A stretch of 64,000 nt of DNA from an uncultured Lentisphaerales bacterium (lineage in GTDB: Bacteria > Verrucomicrobiota > Lentisphaeria > JABSQK01 > UBA12247): positions 64,001-128,000 of the forward strand of contig CALSSJ010000010.1 of the NCBI GenBank assembly GCA_943788985.1. The letters are read 5' to 3'. This document shows, piece after piece, positions 9,304-18,703 of the stretch. Below the pieces are notes generated by a model. It did no database searches. It saw only the letters and a program-made list of their open reading frames with translations, and was not told the origin of the DNA. The position numbers and the translations under genes were made by a program. The first letter of the stretch is position 1. Each line of letters opens with the position of its first letter.

Positions 9304-10403
9304 GTATCGGAATCGGCGGCGCAGGTAGCAAGCTGGCAAGTTTGCTTGACACAGGCAACGCCATCATCGTCAACGTCTCTGAGATGGAGCTCGACAAGGT
9401 CGAAGCATCATCGAAGCTGCGAGCAGTTGCGAGCACCAACCGTGCCGCTTTACAAGGGTCACGGAAGGATCCAACGCTAGCCAAGGAGGCCTTCTCCTCG
9501 GTGCGCGACGTCCTCCTCCACGAGATCCAGAACAACATCGTCTTTACCTCCACCGGCGGCGGCACCGGCAACGGCATCTGCACCAAGCTGCTGGACCACG
9601 TCAGCGATCTGCCTCGTGTGGCTCTCGATGACAAGACCATGTTTGTCTTCGTACTGCCCTACGCCGATCAGGAAGCCGCTGAGTTCGTCGACAACACCAT
9701 CGACTTCCTCGAAGGCCCAGTGGCTCGCGCCATCGACACCGGCAACACTGGCAACATCGTGCTGATCTCCAACAAGCAGAAATTCATCGACCGCCAAGCG
9801 GAACTCGAATACAACCAGCGCTGCATCGAATCGCTGCGCACGTTCCTCGATATTCCGCACAAGTGCGACCGCTTCTCGACCCTCGACGGGACGGTCGACT
9901 ACGAGGACTTTCGTCACTACTGTGCTCGGCCGTATTTCAATCACTTCTTCCATGTCTCTTTCGACTTGGAGAAGCCGATTGGCGAGCAAATTCGCGAGGC
10001 AACTAATCCCCTGTTGCTTCCGCCAGCCGCTCCCATCGAGTCCCTGTTTCTGCTCGAAGTACCGAAGCCCGAGCAGGCTCCGGCGTTCTACAAGATCCTC
10101 GACTACTTCGCCAACGAGCAGCAGGTCCCGCCTGCTTACGCCGTGGTGCACAACCCCGAGATCCCGAACCCCCTGCTGACTGTCTCGCTCTTGTACTCAC
10201 GCCAGCCGCTTGAGCTCGTGGACGACTTCAACAGCATCTCGGGCCAGAACAAGCGCCGGCGCATCCGCAAGTCTCTCGACCAGAAGGTCACCCTGAGTAA
10301 GCTTGAGGTCGACTTTGAAGACGAGACCCACCAAGTAGCCAGAGAGACCGGCAAGGACGAGGACGAAGTTACCAGCGTGCTGCGCCGCATCGGCAAGCTT
10401 TAG
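9300..10403 (+). CDS. Divergent tubulin/FtsZ-superfamily GTPase (TubZ-like), 367 aa
   Basis: T1 IGIGGAGS, T3 GSRKDP, T4 signature TGGGTGNG, T5 VLPY, T6 ISN, T7-like GTVDYEDF. RBS ggaggg precedes ATG 9300. Confidence 0.88.
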   Translation: MSIGIGGAGSKLASLLDTGNAIIVNVSEMELDKVEASSKLRAVASTNRAALQGSRKDPTLAKEAFSSVRDVLLHEIQNNIVFTSTGGGTGNGICTKLLDHVSDLPRVALDDKTMFVFVLPYADQEAAEFVDNTIDFLEGPVARAIDTGNTGNIVLISNKQKFIDRQAELEYNQRCIESLRTFLDIPHKCDRFSTLDGTVDYEDFRHYCARPYFNHFFHVSFDLEKPIGEQIREATNPLLLPPAAPIESLFLLEVPKPEQAPAFYKILDYFANEQQVPPAYAVVHNPEIPNPLLTVSLLYSRQPLELVDDFNSISGQNKRRRIRKSLDQKVTLSKLEVDFEDETHQVARETGKDEDEVTSVLRRIGKL

Positions 10404-11227
10404 CCTGGAGACAGTCACCACGGCGCCCAGCGCGCCTGCCGCCGTGGGAACGCCCCAAGGCCCTTGCCCCTTGTGGGCTAGGTTCGTAGAAGGCCTCGTA
10501 GCGAAGCGGAGTGGCGTTCTTTCCATCCCGCGTGGTGCACCACGACGGGCACCTCGGCTTCTTCGTGCCTTCAGGTCAAATCAAAGACTTTCTTGGTAGC
10601 CTATTGGGTGCAGAGCTATGCATTCGTCAACCGTAGATCCAAAGAGCTTCGTGCGATGACGCCACGCGCCGAAGCGCTCCGGGCCGGATGTCGCAATCAC
10701 TCGCAAACTGTAGCAGGCTCTGATTGTTGCCTTGGGCCTCGAGAGAAAGGGACCGCAGGGATGGCGCGTCAACCGCATGTCCTCGTGCGAACTTCTACAA
10801 TGCGTGCAAGGATGGGAGCCAGTTCCCGTTGCTCTGCAGCAAGCACAGGCAGGCGAATGCGACTATCTCTGCATCCGTAGCATTACGCTGGGCATCACTG
10901 AATTCCGCCTCCCACCTGTGCCCCACTAGCGTTGTCCGTGACGATACAGCCGGGTAAAAGACGGCGGCGCCAAACCGCCCAGACACTGATAGCAGGGCAG
11001 CCAAGCGCTGGGGAATAATTGCAGACAGGGTCCTCACGGCGGATAGTTTCCGCTGGCTCTGGCGGACTATCAAAGCCCGCGCGACGCGAGGGCTGCGCCG
11101 CTTAAAACCGCCACTTGAAAGAAAAACGACCTTTGGCATCAACGCTTGACCTTTCGCCCGTGCTTGACAAGGTTAGCAACTATTGCAATCACTGGGGCCG
11201 TGCCCCGATCCACTGCGAGGCTGCTTG

Positions 11228-12067
11228 ATGGTGAAGACGTGTTTAATTCTGAGTCTGCTGATTGCTCCGCTGACCGGGTTCGGCGACATAAGTGGTCTCC
11301 TAGCAGACTTGCGCTCGAACGAGCCGGCCAAAACTCGCGTGGCTCTGCTGAAACTCAAGCGACTTTCGGTGGTGGCTGAGAGCCGCAAGGAAGTGTCCGC
11401 AGTATTGGTGCGCCTCCTAACGGAAGGCGATCCTATGATCCAACGCGGCGCAGCGGATGCCCTCGGTGCTTGGCAAACCGCCGCCGCCGTCACACCGCTC
11501 TGCGAATTTGCGAAGTCCGCAAAGACGCATGCCCGCGGGGCCGCACTCTCAGCGCTTGCCAGGAACGGGACGGAGCTCGCGTTGGAATGCTTGGTGACCG
11601 AGCTGAAAGCGTCGTGCGATTCCCATGCAATCCAAGCGCTACACCAGCTATCACCAGAGCAGCAAAGCGCCGTTGTTGAGCAGCTCATACCAGTCCTGGA
11701 TGCAGCGGCACAGTCCCGCCTGACTAGGGCGCTCGACAGAGGAAAGCGCACCGCGAGCGCGCAAGTCACGATTCGGACGAAGCCGGACCTGGCAGAATTA
11801 CGGGCGCTGGCTGAACAGATTGACCTCGACCCGCTTGCGGTGTTGCATGCCTTGCGGGCCGCGGGACTGGCAGGGGAAGCGGAGGCAATTCGTTTGCTCC
11901 AAGAGGGGCACTACGACATTGCCTGCCAGGCCCTTGCGGACATCGGCACGGCCGCTGCACTTCCACATCTCGCTACCCTCGCCAAAAGTGACAAGGCAGT
12001 GGTGCGCCGCATGGCCCAAACTGCTACGGCCGGCATTCAGAAACGGGCCGCTGCCAGCAACGATTAA
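11228..12067 (+). CDS. Secreted HEAT-repeat protein
   Basis: Signal peptide; repeats QRGAADALG, ARGAALSALA and ACQALADIG. Confidence 0.75.
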   Translation: MVKTCLILSLLIAPLTGFGDISGLLADLRSNEPAKTRVALLKLKRLSVVAESRKEVSAVLVRLLTEGDPMIQRGAADALGAWQTAAAVTPLCEFAKSAKTHARGAALSALARNGTELALECLVTELKASCDSHAIQALHQLSPEQQSAVVEQLIPVLDAAAQSRLTRALDRGKRTASAQVTIRTKPDLAELRALAEQIDLDPLAVLHALRAAGLAGEAEAIRLLQEGHYDIACQALADIGTAAALPHLATLAKSDKAVVRRMAQTATAGIQKRAAASND

Positions 12068-12076
12068 TACCACCTA

Positions 12077-12769
12077 ATGCGGATGTGTATCTTATTTCTC
12101 GCTGGAACCGGGCTGGCAGCATGCCTGTACTACGCGATCCGCGCGCTCCGAATGAGAAGGCTGATGACCGGAACCCCGACCACGAAGATTGAGGATATCA
12201 CTGGGGGGCTCACAGAGCTTTCAGGCCGGGTCCCAGATAACGCGGACATCCTAGAAGCCCCGATTAGCGGCCAAGAATGCGCATACTACCGCATTAAGAT
12301 CGAACAATATCGATCCCAGAAAGATTCTGGCGGCTGGCACCAAGTCCTGGAAGCTAGCGCGCCGGACTGGATGACTATCGATGACGGGACCGGTATTGCC
12401 GCCATCTGCCTAGCAGACGCGACCTTCGAGTTGGGACGTGATATTCGCAGCGAGAGTGGTGGGTACAGCGGAGCTCCCGAGAAGATCCGAGAGCGCCTCT
12501 CCAGCAAGTATGGCTTCGACACCAAGGGCTGGGTCTTCAATAAGCGTCTCCGGTATACTGAATTTCGGCTCTCGTCAGGCGATATGCTCTACGCGATTGG
12601 GGAAGCCACTGCAGGCGAGCCACCGACGTTGAAGGCAGGGCCCAAGGGCTTGCTGCTCTCCGACAGGCCGGAGGCCATCCTGGCCGCGGAGTTACAGTTT
12701 CGTTTCGTTGGCTTTGCCGCCGGTGCCATTGGCAGCCTCATTGTGCTGATTTTGGCATTGTCCAAGTAG
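12077..12769 (+). CDS. GIDE (E3 ubiquitin ligase-like) domain membrane protein
   Basis: N- and C-terminal TM segments; TPTTKI, LEAPISGQECAYY, IDDGTG and LSSGDMLYAIG. Confidence 0.75.
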   Translation: MRMCILFLAGTGLAACLYYAIRALRMRRLMTGTPTTKIEDITGGLTELSGRVPDNADILEAPISGQECAYYRIKIEQYRSQKDSGGWHQVLEASAPDWMTIDDGTGIAAICLADATFELGRDIRSESGGYSGAPEKIRERLSSKYGFDTKGWVFNKRLRYTEFRLSSGDMLYAIGEATAGEPPTLKAGPKGLLLSDRPEAILAAELQFRFVGFAAGAIGSLIVLILALSK

Positions 12770-12777
12770 GCAATCCG

Positions 12778-15700
12778 ATGGAAATGCCTCAAGTCTCGCT
12801 GCCTGAACAGCTGGAGCTGTACCGCGTGGCCCGGCGCCGCCGGGACCTAGTGCAACAGGCGGCGCGCTTGTTGCTGATGGCAGGCAGTGGTTTGCTCCTC
12901 TTCTGCGCCTTCGACTACTGGCTCCAACCGAGTTGGGTGGTGCGCTTCGCCTTGGCTGCGGTCTGGTACACCGCAGTCGGCATCAAGGCCGTCCGGCTCT
13001 TGCGGCGCTATGCGATACGCGCGTCGGACCTTGACATGGCCTGGGAGCTTGAAGCACGATTACCGCTGGGCGAGTGCCTCATTTCCGCGGTCGAGTTCTA
13101 TCAGTCACCACAGCTGGGCACCTCGCCGGAGATGCTGGATTGGACGCAGCTGGACGCGCAGGTAGAGCTGAGCCAAGCCACCCCCGAAGAACTCTTTCCA
13201 GTGCAACGGGCCTGGCCGGTCTGTGGCGGGATCCTCATCGCGATCTTGTTGATTGGCTGCTTGTTGCTGCCGGATGGCATCGGCCGCTCAGCCCGCCGCC
13301 TGCTGGTACCTACGCCCCATGATGCCACGGCCGGTAGCTTCAGCCTGGGCATCATTTCTCCCGGAACCGGCAATGTGCTAGAGGGGAAAACCGTAGCCGT
13401 ACGAATGCACTGCGAGGAATCGTCGCTGACGAACGTCTACCTCGTCGCCGACAATGAGTATGCCCAACACCGGATCCGAGCCGAGCTTGAGCCCACCACG
13501 GGGCACTATCTGGCAGAACTGCGCGCAGTGCGAGAAGACACGCTGTATTGGGCAGCTGCCGGGCGCGTCCGTTCGCGCGCTTACCAGCTAACTGTCCTGG
13601 CAAAGCCACGCCTGCGCGCGCTCAACTATCGCATTGTGCCGCCGGACTATCTCGACGCCGCGATCGTCGAAGGCGAGGATCTGAATGGCCAGATCGAGGG
13701 CCTGATCGGGGCTACCGTGGAGCTGAACATCGAGCTATCCTCGCCCATCACCTGGCTGCAAATCAAGCGGGGCACCGAGACCATCCGGGCCATCATAGAC
13801 GGATCGCGCGCCTCGCTGCGCTTCCACTTACGTCGCACCGAGCACTTCACGATTGAGTATGCGGACGACTCCAGCGGCCATGCCGGCCAGTTTAGTGGGC
13901 TGATTCGCGGGGTGGAGGACGAGCCACCATGGGTACAGTTTCTGACCCCGGCGGGAGACATTTATTGCGAACCGGGCGACACGGTGCCCCTTTCCTGGCG
14001 CGACTGGGACGATCATGGCCTAGAATCCGTGGCCTTGCAGATCAGCAAGAACGGCGAGCCGCTTCCGGACCGGGTGCAGGACTTGAGCGCCTCTACCGCG
14101 CAGCTCGAGCTCGACCGCCTTGGCGCACGGAGCGGCGACCGCATCGACCTGCGCCTGCTGGTCCGCGACAAAGCCGGCCGCCAAGCCACAAGCAAGACCC
14201 GCAGTTTGCATGTTTCGCGCGCCACCTTTCTGCGAGACCTACCGGCCTTCGAATCGCTGATGACGCAGCTTGCTAAGTCCGCAACGACTCTGCACGAGCA
14301 ACTCAAGGCGCTCAAGACCAGCACCGACTTAATGCGGTCCATGTCGGTCTCTGTGGGGGATGAAGCGCACCATCGCCACACCGCGGCCACTCTGCGCGAA
14401 AGCGTGGAGAACGAGCTGAGCACTGCGCTGGACCGAATCGCAGCAGGGAAGCGGATGCATCTTTTTCCGGGAAGCAGGCTGGGGCTCGCGCAGCTCGACG
14501 CCGCCCTGTCGGACATCTACCTCTTCAGCCTGGCTGGCAGCACGACAGCGTTGAACAGCGACCACCTACAGCAGGCGATCGACTCAGTCGCGCTGATCTC
14601 TCCGGTGCTCAGCGACCTCCGCGAACGCCTGCAGCAGCACAAGCGCCTGTGGACACGCGATACGCTCTATCGTCGCCTCCAGCAAGACCCGAGTCCGCAG
14701 CTGCTGATCCTGGCCGCAGCGGAGCTTGCCTCGAAAGCTAAGCCAGCGGAGATCATGCCGCAGCTTGCCGCGGCAATTGCGGAGTCCGCAGCAGCGCTAG
14801 CGAAGATTGGGAGCCTGTTGCGCAGCTGCGAGGCACTGGCCCAAAGCCACCCGCTCCCTGGGGCGCGCTTCAAAGCGCTCGCCAGTCCCGAACTGACCGA
14901 TGCGGAGCGGCTGCAACTTCTCGGCCAAGTGATCCGCCGGCTCAAATCACGCACCTTTCCCGACGCAGAGGAGGACACGACGCGGTACCTCGTGATTCGC
15001 GCACTTGAGGACGCGGCCAGCCACCAACGAATCGGCAGCATTGAGCTGCTCGCGCGCACCGTTCACCTGCTCCAATCGGGAATTGATGCCCACGCACTGA
15101 GGACTGATTGGGAACAACGACACCACAATCACCTAGATGAGCAACTCTATGCCCTCCAAATACTCCACCACGCCCCCCTCCAGTCGCAGCCCCTCTCAAA
15201 AGTGCCTGCGGCCGAGAGGCTCACGTCCGAGATTCGGATTGCCCTCAAGCGACGCAACCCAGAGTACAAAAAGCTTGCCCCAGCGTTTCATGCGCTGATG
15301 CGCGAGACTGAAACGGCCGTAGCTCGCGCCAGAACGCAACTAGCGCAATACTCTGAGCCTGCTTCGCAGAGCCTGCGCTTTGCAGCGGACCAATTGCTGG
15401 CGGCACTGGCTGGGCTCGAGCAGGACCGGGCGGACGTGGTCGATCTGCACGCCATCCTGCTCGCGGAAACCGTCGCCGAATTGGAACGTCTGGCGCGAGA
15501 TGAAATCCGGGCCGCCGAGGGCTCCATTCTGGCGGCAGCGGACGCCACAGTCTTGGCCCGAGTGACCGCAGGCCATGTCGAGGAACTGAGAGAGCAGGGC
15601 AACTCTGCAGACATCTTGGAAGCCGTCGCCGACGCACTAACGCAGCTTGCGGAGTTCGCAGAACTCTTTGAGGCAGCACTGGCTGGAGAGATCAAGCCTG

Positions 15701-17547
15701 CTGAGGCAGTTGCGAACTCTGCAGCTTTGCAACAGGCCTACGCGCTGCTTCGTCCGGAGGAACTGTCCGTCCTAGCCCCTTTGCGCCGTGAGCGCCGGGG
15801 GCTGGACGCGTTGCGCGACGCGGATCAGTCGGATTCCGCCGATGACCTTCAACGCCGTGGCGCCCGGCTGGCCTCACTCCTCGGCAGCAAAGGCAGCCGA
15901 GAGCTCCGCTCACGCGTCGAGCTGGGCTTGGCCACAGCGCAGAAAGCGGTGCTGAGTTGGCTCCTAGAGTCTGCCCAGCACGGGCATGTCCCGGCGCCGC
16001 TGGACCGCGAACTAGCCCGTGCTTGCCATGACGTCACCGCGCTCCTCCACGCATTCGCGGTCTTCAGTGATGTTGAGCTGGGGCTCCGGGCCGAACTGGC
16101 CCTCGCCGATGGCGAAGACGAGGTGTTTCAGCTGCTCGAAGCGCTGAGCGACGTGCTCGACGCGCTCCCCGCGCGGAAGCTTGAGCCCGTGGCCTATGCT
16201 TCGTCTCCACCGGACGAGGATGCGCTCTGGGCGGCACTCGCGTTTAACGATCGCGAGACAGTACTCGCGATCCTGGCAGGCCAGCCGACACAGATTGCGG
16301 AGTTCGCAACGCTCGGATTGCGCCATGGCCAAATGGCTGGTGTTACCATCGACGAGCTGGATGTGCGCCAGGGACCGCACGGCTTTCTCTCTGAGCTGCC
16401 GCTGGTGCCTACTCCGGGCGTGCCGCTGGTAGACCTCCAACTGCCGAGCCTGCAGCGCCTCGCGATCGCCCGTGAGGCCGCCACCGGGGGCAACGTGATT
16501 CAGTTGCAGACTTCGCTAGCGCGCAATGACTGGCGCCGCATATCCCGCATGTCACTAGGCTCGAGCGCCGCGTACTTGGACTTTGGGGCGAAGCTCTGGC
16601 AGGTGGCCACCGAGGCTGGCCGGACCGCGGTGCAGGTCATCCCGGCCGAAGAAGATGCGGAGTTCGCACAAGCGCAGGCTCCAAGCATGCTGAACCGGTG
16701 GGAGTTTCTGGCGCTGTGCATCGCGGAGCAGTTTGACCTCCCCCAGGCCGTGCAGGCTGTTCGCTACGGCGAACCCGAGCGCGCCATCGCCGCGTTTGCG
16801 GAGTTCGCAAAACTGCGCCCCAGCACCGCCGAGCTTTCGCTGCTTGCAGGCCGGCTGCTATGCGTCCCCGTTCCTTGGCGAGGACCACCGGAGGGGAGTG
16901 TCGAAGCCTGGCTGATGGCTACGATGTGGGATCGGGATCCGGTGCAGCAATTGCTGCGCTGGGAGGTACTGGAAGCGCTGGCCACCGGCCACGATGACCG
17001 TGCGCGGGTCCACCTGCTGGCGTATGACCGGCTCGAAACCCACCCGCAGACCCATGTCCTGTTGGCGACCCTGCCGCCTCCGGCCTTACGCCCCGAGCGC
17101 AGGCCAGAGGTCGGCCTGGCCGAGCACACCTGGGCCCCCGGATGTCCGTGGCAGCCGCATCAGGCGTTGCTGAGTGGCGAGGCCGAGCTGGTGGATGCGA
17201 TCGTCCAGCTCTGGCGCGCCGCCTACTACGCTCAATTGCCGGAGTCGGCAGCCTACCTGCGGCTCCCGGATCAGGACCAGCTCCTCGGGCAGGCACGCGA
17301 TCTGTTGGGGATCGCCGAGCAGCGGTTTGTGATGCACGCCTTCGATGCAGCCCGCCCGCTGATGTTGGCGCCGACCGGTGCCACAGATGGCTTCACAGAC
17401 CCGTTTCAATCCGCCACAACCGGCCCCGATCAGGACGACTCGCTGTTCCACAGTTTCGAACGTGCGAACTCCGCAGCAGCATTCTCGCTGCACTTTCGCC
17501 GGGCCAATCGACGCTACCTGGAGCGGTTAACGCATCTTCTGGATTGA
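12778..17547 (+). CDS. Very large membrane-anchored protein (DUF4175-like N-terminus, coiled-coil C-terminus)
   Basis: 1589 aa; three N-terminal TMs, LISAVEF, Ig-like PPDY and DEPPWV...DDHGL segments, then helical repeats. Confidence 0.75.
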   Translation: MEMPQVSLPEQLELYRVARRRRDLVQQAARLLLMAGSGLLLFCAFDYWLQPSWVVRFALAAVWYTAVGIKAVRLLRRYAIRASDLDMAWELEARLPLGECLISAVEFYQSPQLGTSPEMLDWTQLDAQVELSQATPEELFPVQRAWPVCGGILIAILLIGCLLLPDGIGRSARRLLVPTPHDATAGSFSLGIISPGTGNVLEGKTVAVRMHCEESSLTNVYLVADNEYAQHRIRAELEPTTGHYLAELRAVREDTLYWAAAGRVRSRAYQLTVLAKPRLRALNYRIVPPDYLDAAIVEGEDLNGQIEGLIGATVELNIELSSPITWLQIKRGTETIRAIIDGSRASLRFHLRRTEHFTIEYADDSSGHAGQFSGLIRGVEDEPPWVQFLTPAGDIYCEPGDTVPLSWRDWDDHGLESVALQISKNGEPLPDRVQDLSASTAQLELDRLGARSGDRIDLRLLVRDKAGRQATSKTRSLHVSRATFLRDLPAFESLMTQLAKSATTLHEQLKALKTSTDLMRSMSVSVGDEAHHRHTAATLRESVENELSTALDRIAAGKRMHLFPGSRLGLAQLDAALSDIYLFSLAGSTTALNSDHLQQAIDSVALISPVLSDLRERLQQHKRLWTRDTLYRRLQQDPSPQLLILAAAELASKAKPAEIMPQLAAAIAESAAALAKIGSLLRSCEALAQSHPLPGARFKALASPELTDAERLQLLGQVIRRLKSRTFPDAEEDTTRYLVIRALEDAASHQRIGSIELLARTVHLLQSGIDAHALRTDWEQRHHNHLDEQLYALQILHHAPLQSQPLSKVPAAERLTSEIRIALKRRNPEYKKLAPAFHALMRETETAVARARTQLAQYSEPASQSLRFAADQLLAALAGLEQDRADVVDLHAILLAETVAELERLARDEIRAAEGSILAAADATVLARVTAGHVEELREQGNSADILEAVADALTQLAEFAELFEAALAGEIKPAEAVANSAALQQAYALLRPEELSVLAPLRRERRGLDALRDADQSDSADDLQRRGARLASLLGSKGSRELRSRVELGLATAQKAVLSWLLESAQHGHVPAPLDRELARACHDVTALLHAFAVFSDVELGLRAELALADGEDEVFQLLEALSDVLDALPARKLEPVAYASSPPDEDALWAALAFNDRETVLAILAGQPTQIAEFATLGLRHGQMAGVTIDELDVRQGPHGFLSELPLVPTPGVPLVDLQLPSLQRLAIAREAATGGNVIQLQTSLARNDWRRISRMSLGSSAAYLDFGAKLWQVATEAGRTAVQVIPAEEDAEFAQAQAPSMLNRWEFLALCIAEQFDLPQAVQAVRYGEPERAIAAFAEFAKLRPSTAELSLLAGRLLCVPVPWRGPPEGSVEAWLMATMWDRDPVQQLLRWEVLEALATGHDDRARVHLLAYDRLETHPQTHVLLATLPPPALRPERRPEVGLAEHTWAPGCPWQPHQALLSGEAELVDAIVQLWRAAYYAQLPESAAYLRLPDQDQLLGQARDLLGIAEQRFVMHAFDAARPLMLAPTGATDGFTDPFQSATTGPDQDDSLFHSFERANSAAAFSLHFRRANRRYLERLTHLLD

Positions 17548-17632
17548 AGGAGGCAAGAATATCCGCCTGCCTTCCGGGGGCAACAGTCGTTAGATTGTAT
17601 TGTTATTTGTCGCCGCATCAATAGGTTGCGGC

Positions 17633-18703
17633 ATGACCATTGCGTACGTAATTACTGAACTGCACGAGGGCGGCGCTGAGAATGCGCTGTGGCAGCTGTG
17701 TCGCCAGCTCGTCTCGCGTCACTCGCTCGCGATCTGCTGCTTGCACGGGGCCGACGGCCCCGTGGCGGCGCGTGTGCGCGAGCTGGGAATCCCCGTAGAC
17801 GAGGTCGGAATTTCATCTGCACGCGACCTGGCGGGCATCGGCCGGCTTCGCGAGTGGTTGCGGAGTTCGCAAGCCGATGTGATTCATAGCTGGCTGTTTC
17901 ATGCGAACTTCGCGACGCGCCTGGCCAATCCGGGGCCCACGCCGCTGGTTTGCGGACTCCGCGTCAACGAGCCGCGGCGTTCGCATGTGCTGCCGGACCG
18001 TTGGACGCGAGGCAAGGTCACCCGCTATGCCTGTGTGTCGCAGCAGGTGAAGGCCTTTGCGGTAGATGAGTTGCGGGCGGACCCAGCGCGCTGCACGGTG
18101 ATCGAGAATGGTGTGGACTTTGGGGCATTCGAGAGCGCACGCACGGGCAAGCGGCCGAGCGATTGCGTGCTGGGCCTAACGGTCGCGCGCATTGCCCGCC
18201 AGAAGGCGCATCACCGACTGCTCCGCGGGCTGGCGACGCTCCCGCCCACGCTGGACTGGAGTTGGCGCTTTGTGGGCGCTGTGGCAGAGCCAGACTACCA
18301 GGCCGAGCTTACCGCGCTGGCGAGCGAGCTCGGCATTCACGAGCGCATTGAGTGGGTGGGCCCGGTGACGAAGCAGCAGGTGTTTGCGGAGTACGCAAAC
18401 GCCACGGCGTTTGCCCTGGCCAGTTCGTGGGAAGGCCAGCCGAATGTGGTGCTGGAAGCGATGGCTGCAGGCTTGCCGGTGATCTGCACCCGCACCGATG
18501 GGATTCCGCAGTTGCTGGATGCGGTCCCTGGCTGCGTGCGAGCAGTGCAGGGCGAGCCGAACGATTGGTCCGTGATACCGGAATTAGTGGCAGACCAAGC
18601 CTTGATCGCCGCGGGACTGCAAGCGGCGCAAGCGCGCGGCTGGGAGGATGTGGCACGGCAATACGAGAGTCTGTATCAGGAGGTGGCGCCATGTGCGGGA
18701 TAG
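17633..18703 (+). CDS. Glycosyltransferase family 4
   Basis: GGAE, DVIHSWL, VIENGVD and EGQPNVVLEAMAAGLPVI. Confidence 0.92.
   Translation: MTIAYVITELHEGGAENALWQLCRQLVSRHSLAICCLHGADGPVAARVRELGIPVDEVGISSARDLAGIGRLREWLRSSQADVIHSWLFHANFATRLANPGPTPLVCGLRVNEPRRSHVLPDRWTRGKVTRYACVSQQVKAFAVDELRADPARCTVIENGVDFGAFESARTGKRPSDCVLGLTVARIARQKAHHRLLRGLATLPPTLDWSWRFVGAVAEPDYQAELTALASELGIHERIEWVGPVTKQQVFAEYANATAFALASSWEGQPNVVLEAMAAGLPVICTRTDGIPQLLDAVPGCVRAVQGEPNDWSVIPELVADQALIAAGLQAAQARGWEDVARQYESLYQEVAPCAG

Noticed and set aside
9300..10403. Canonical cell-division ftsZ
   Set aside because: It lacks the NTD, GAG.NP and N.DFAD consensus and the dcw context, and is coupled to a wHTH gene. No gene symbol was assigned.
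10593..11142. Small overlapping ORFs downstream of the tubulin gene
   Set aside because: No consistent frame, RBS or family. They may be a frameshifted small gene, but a call cannot be supported.
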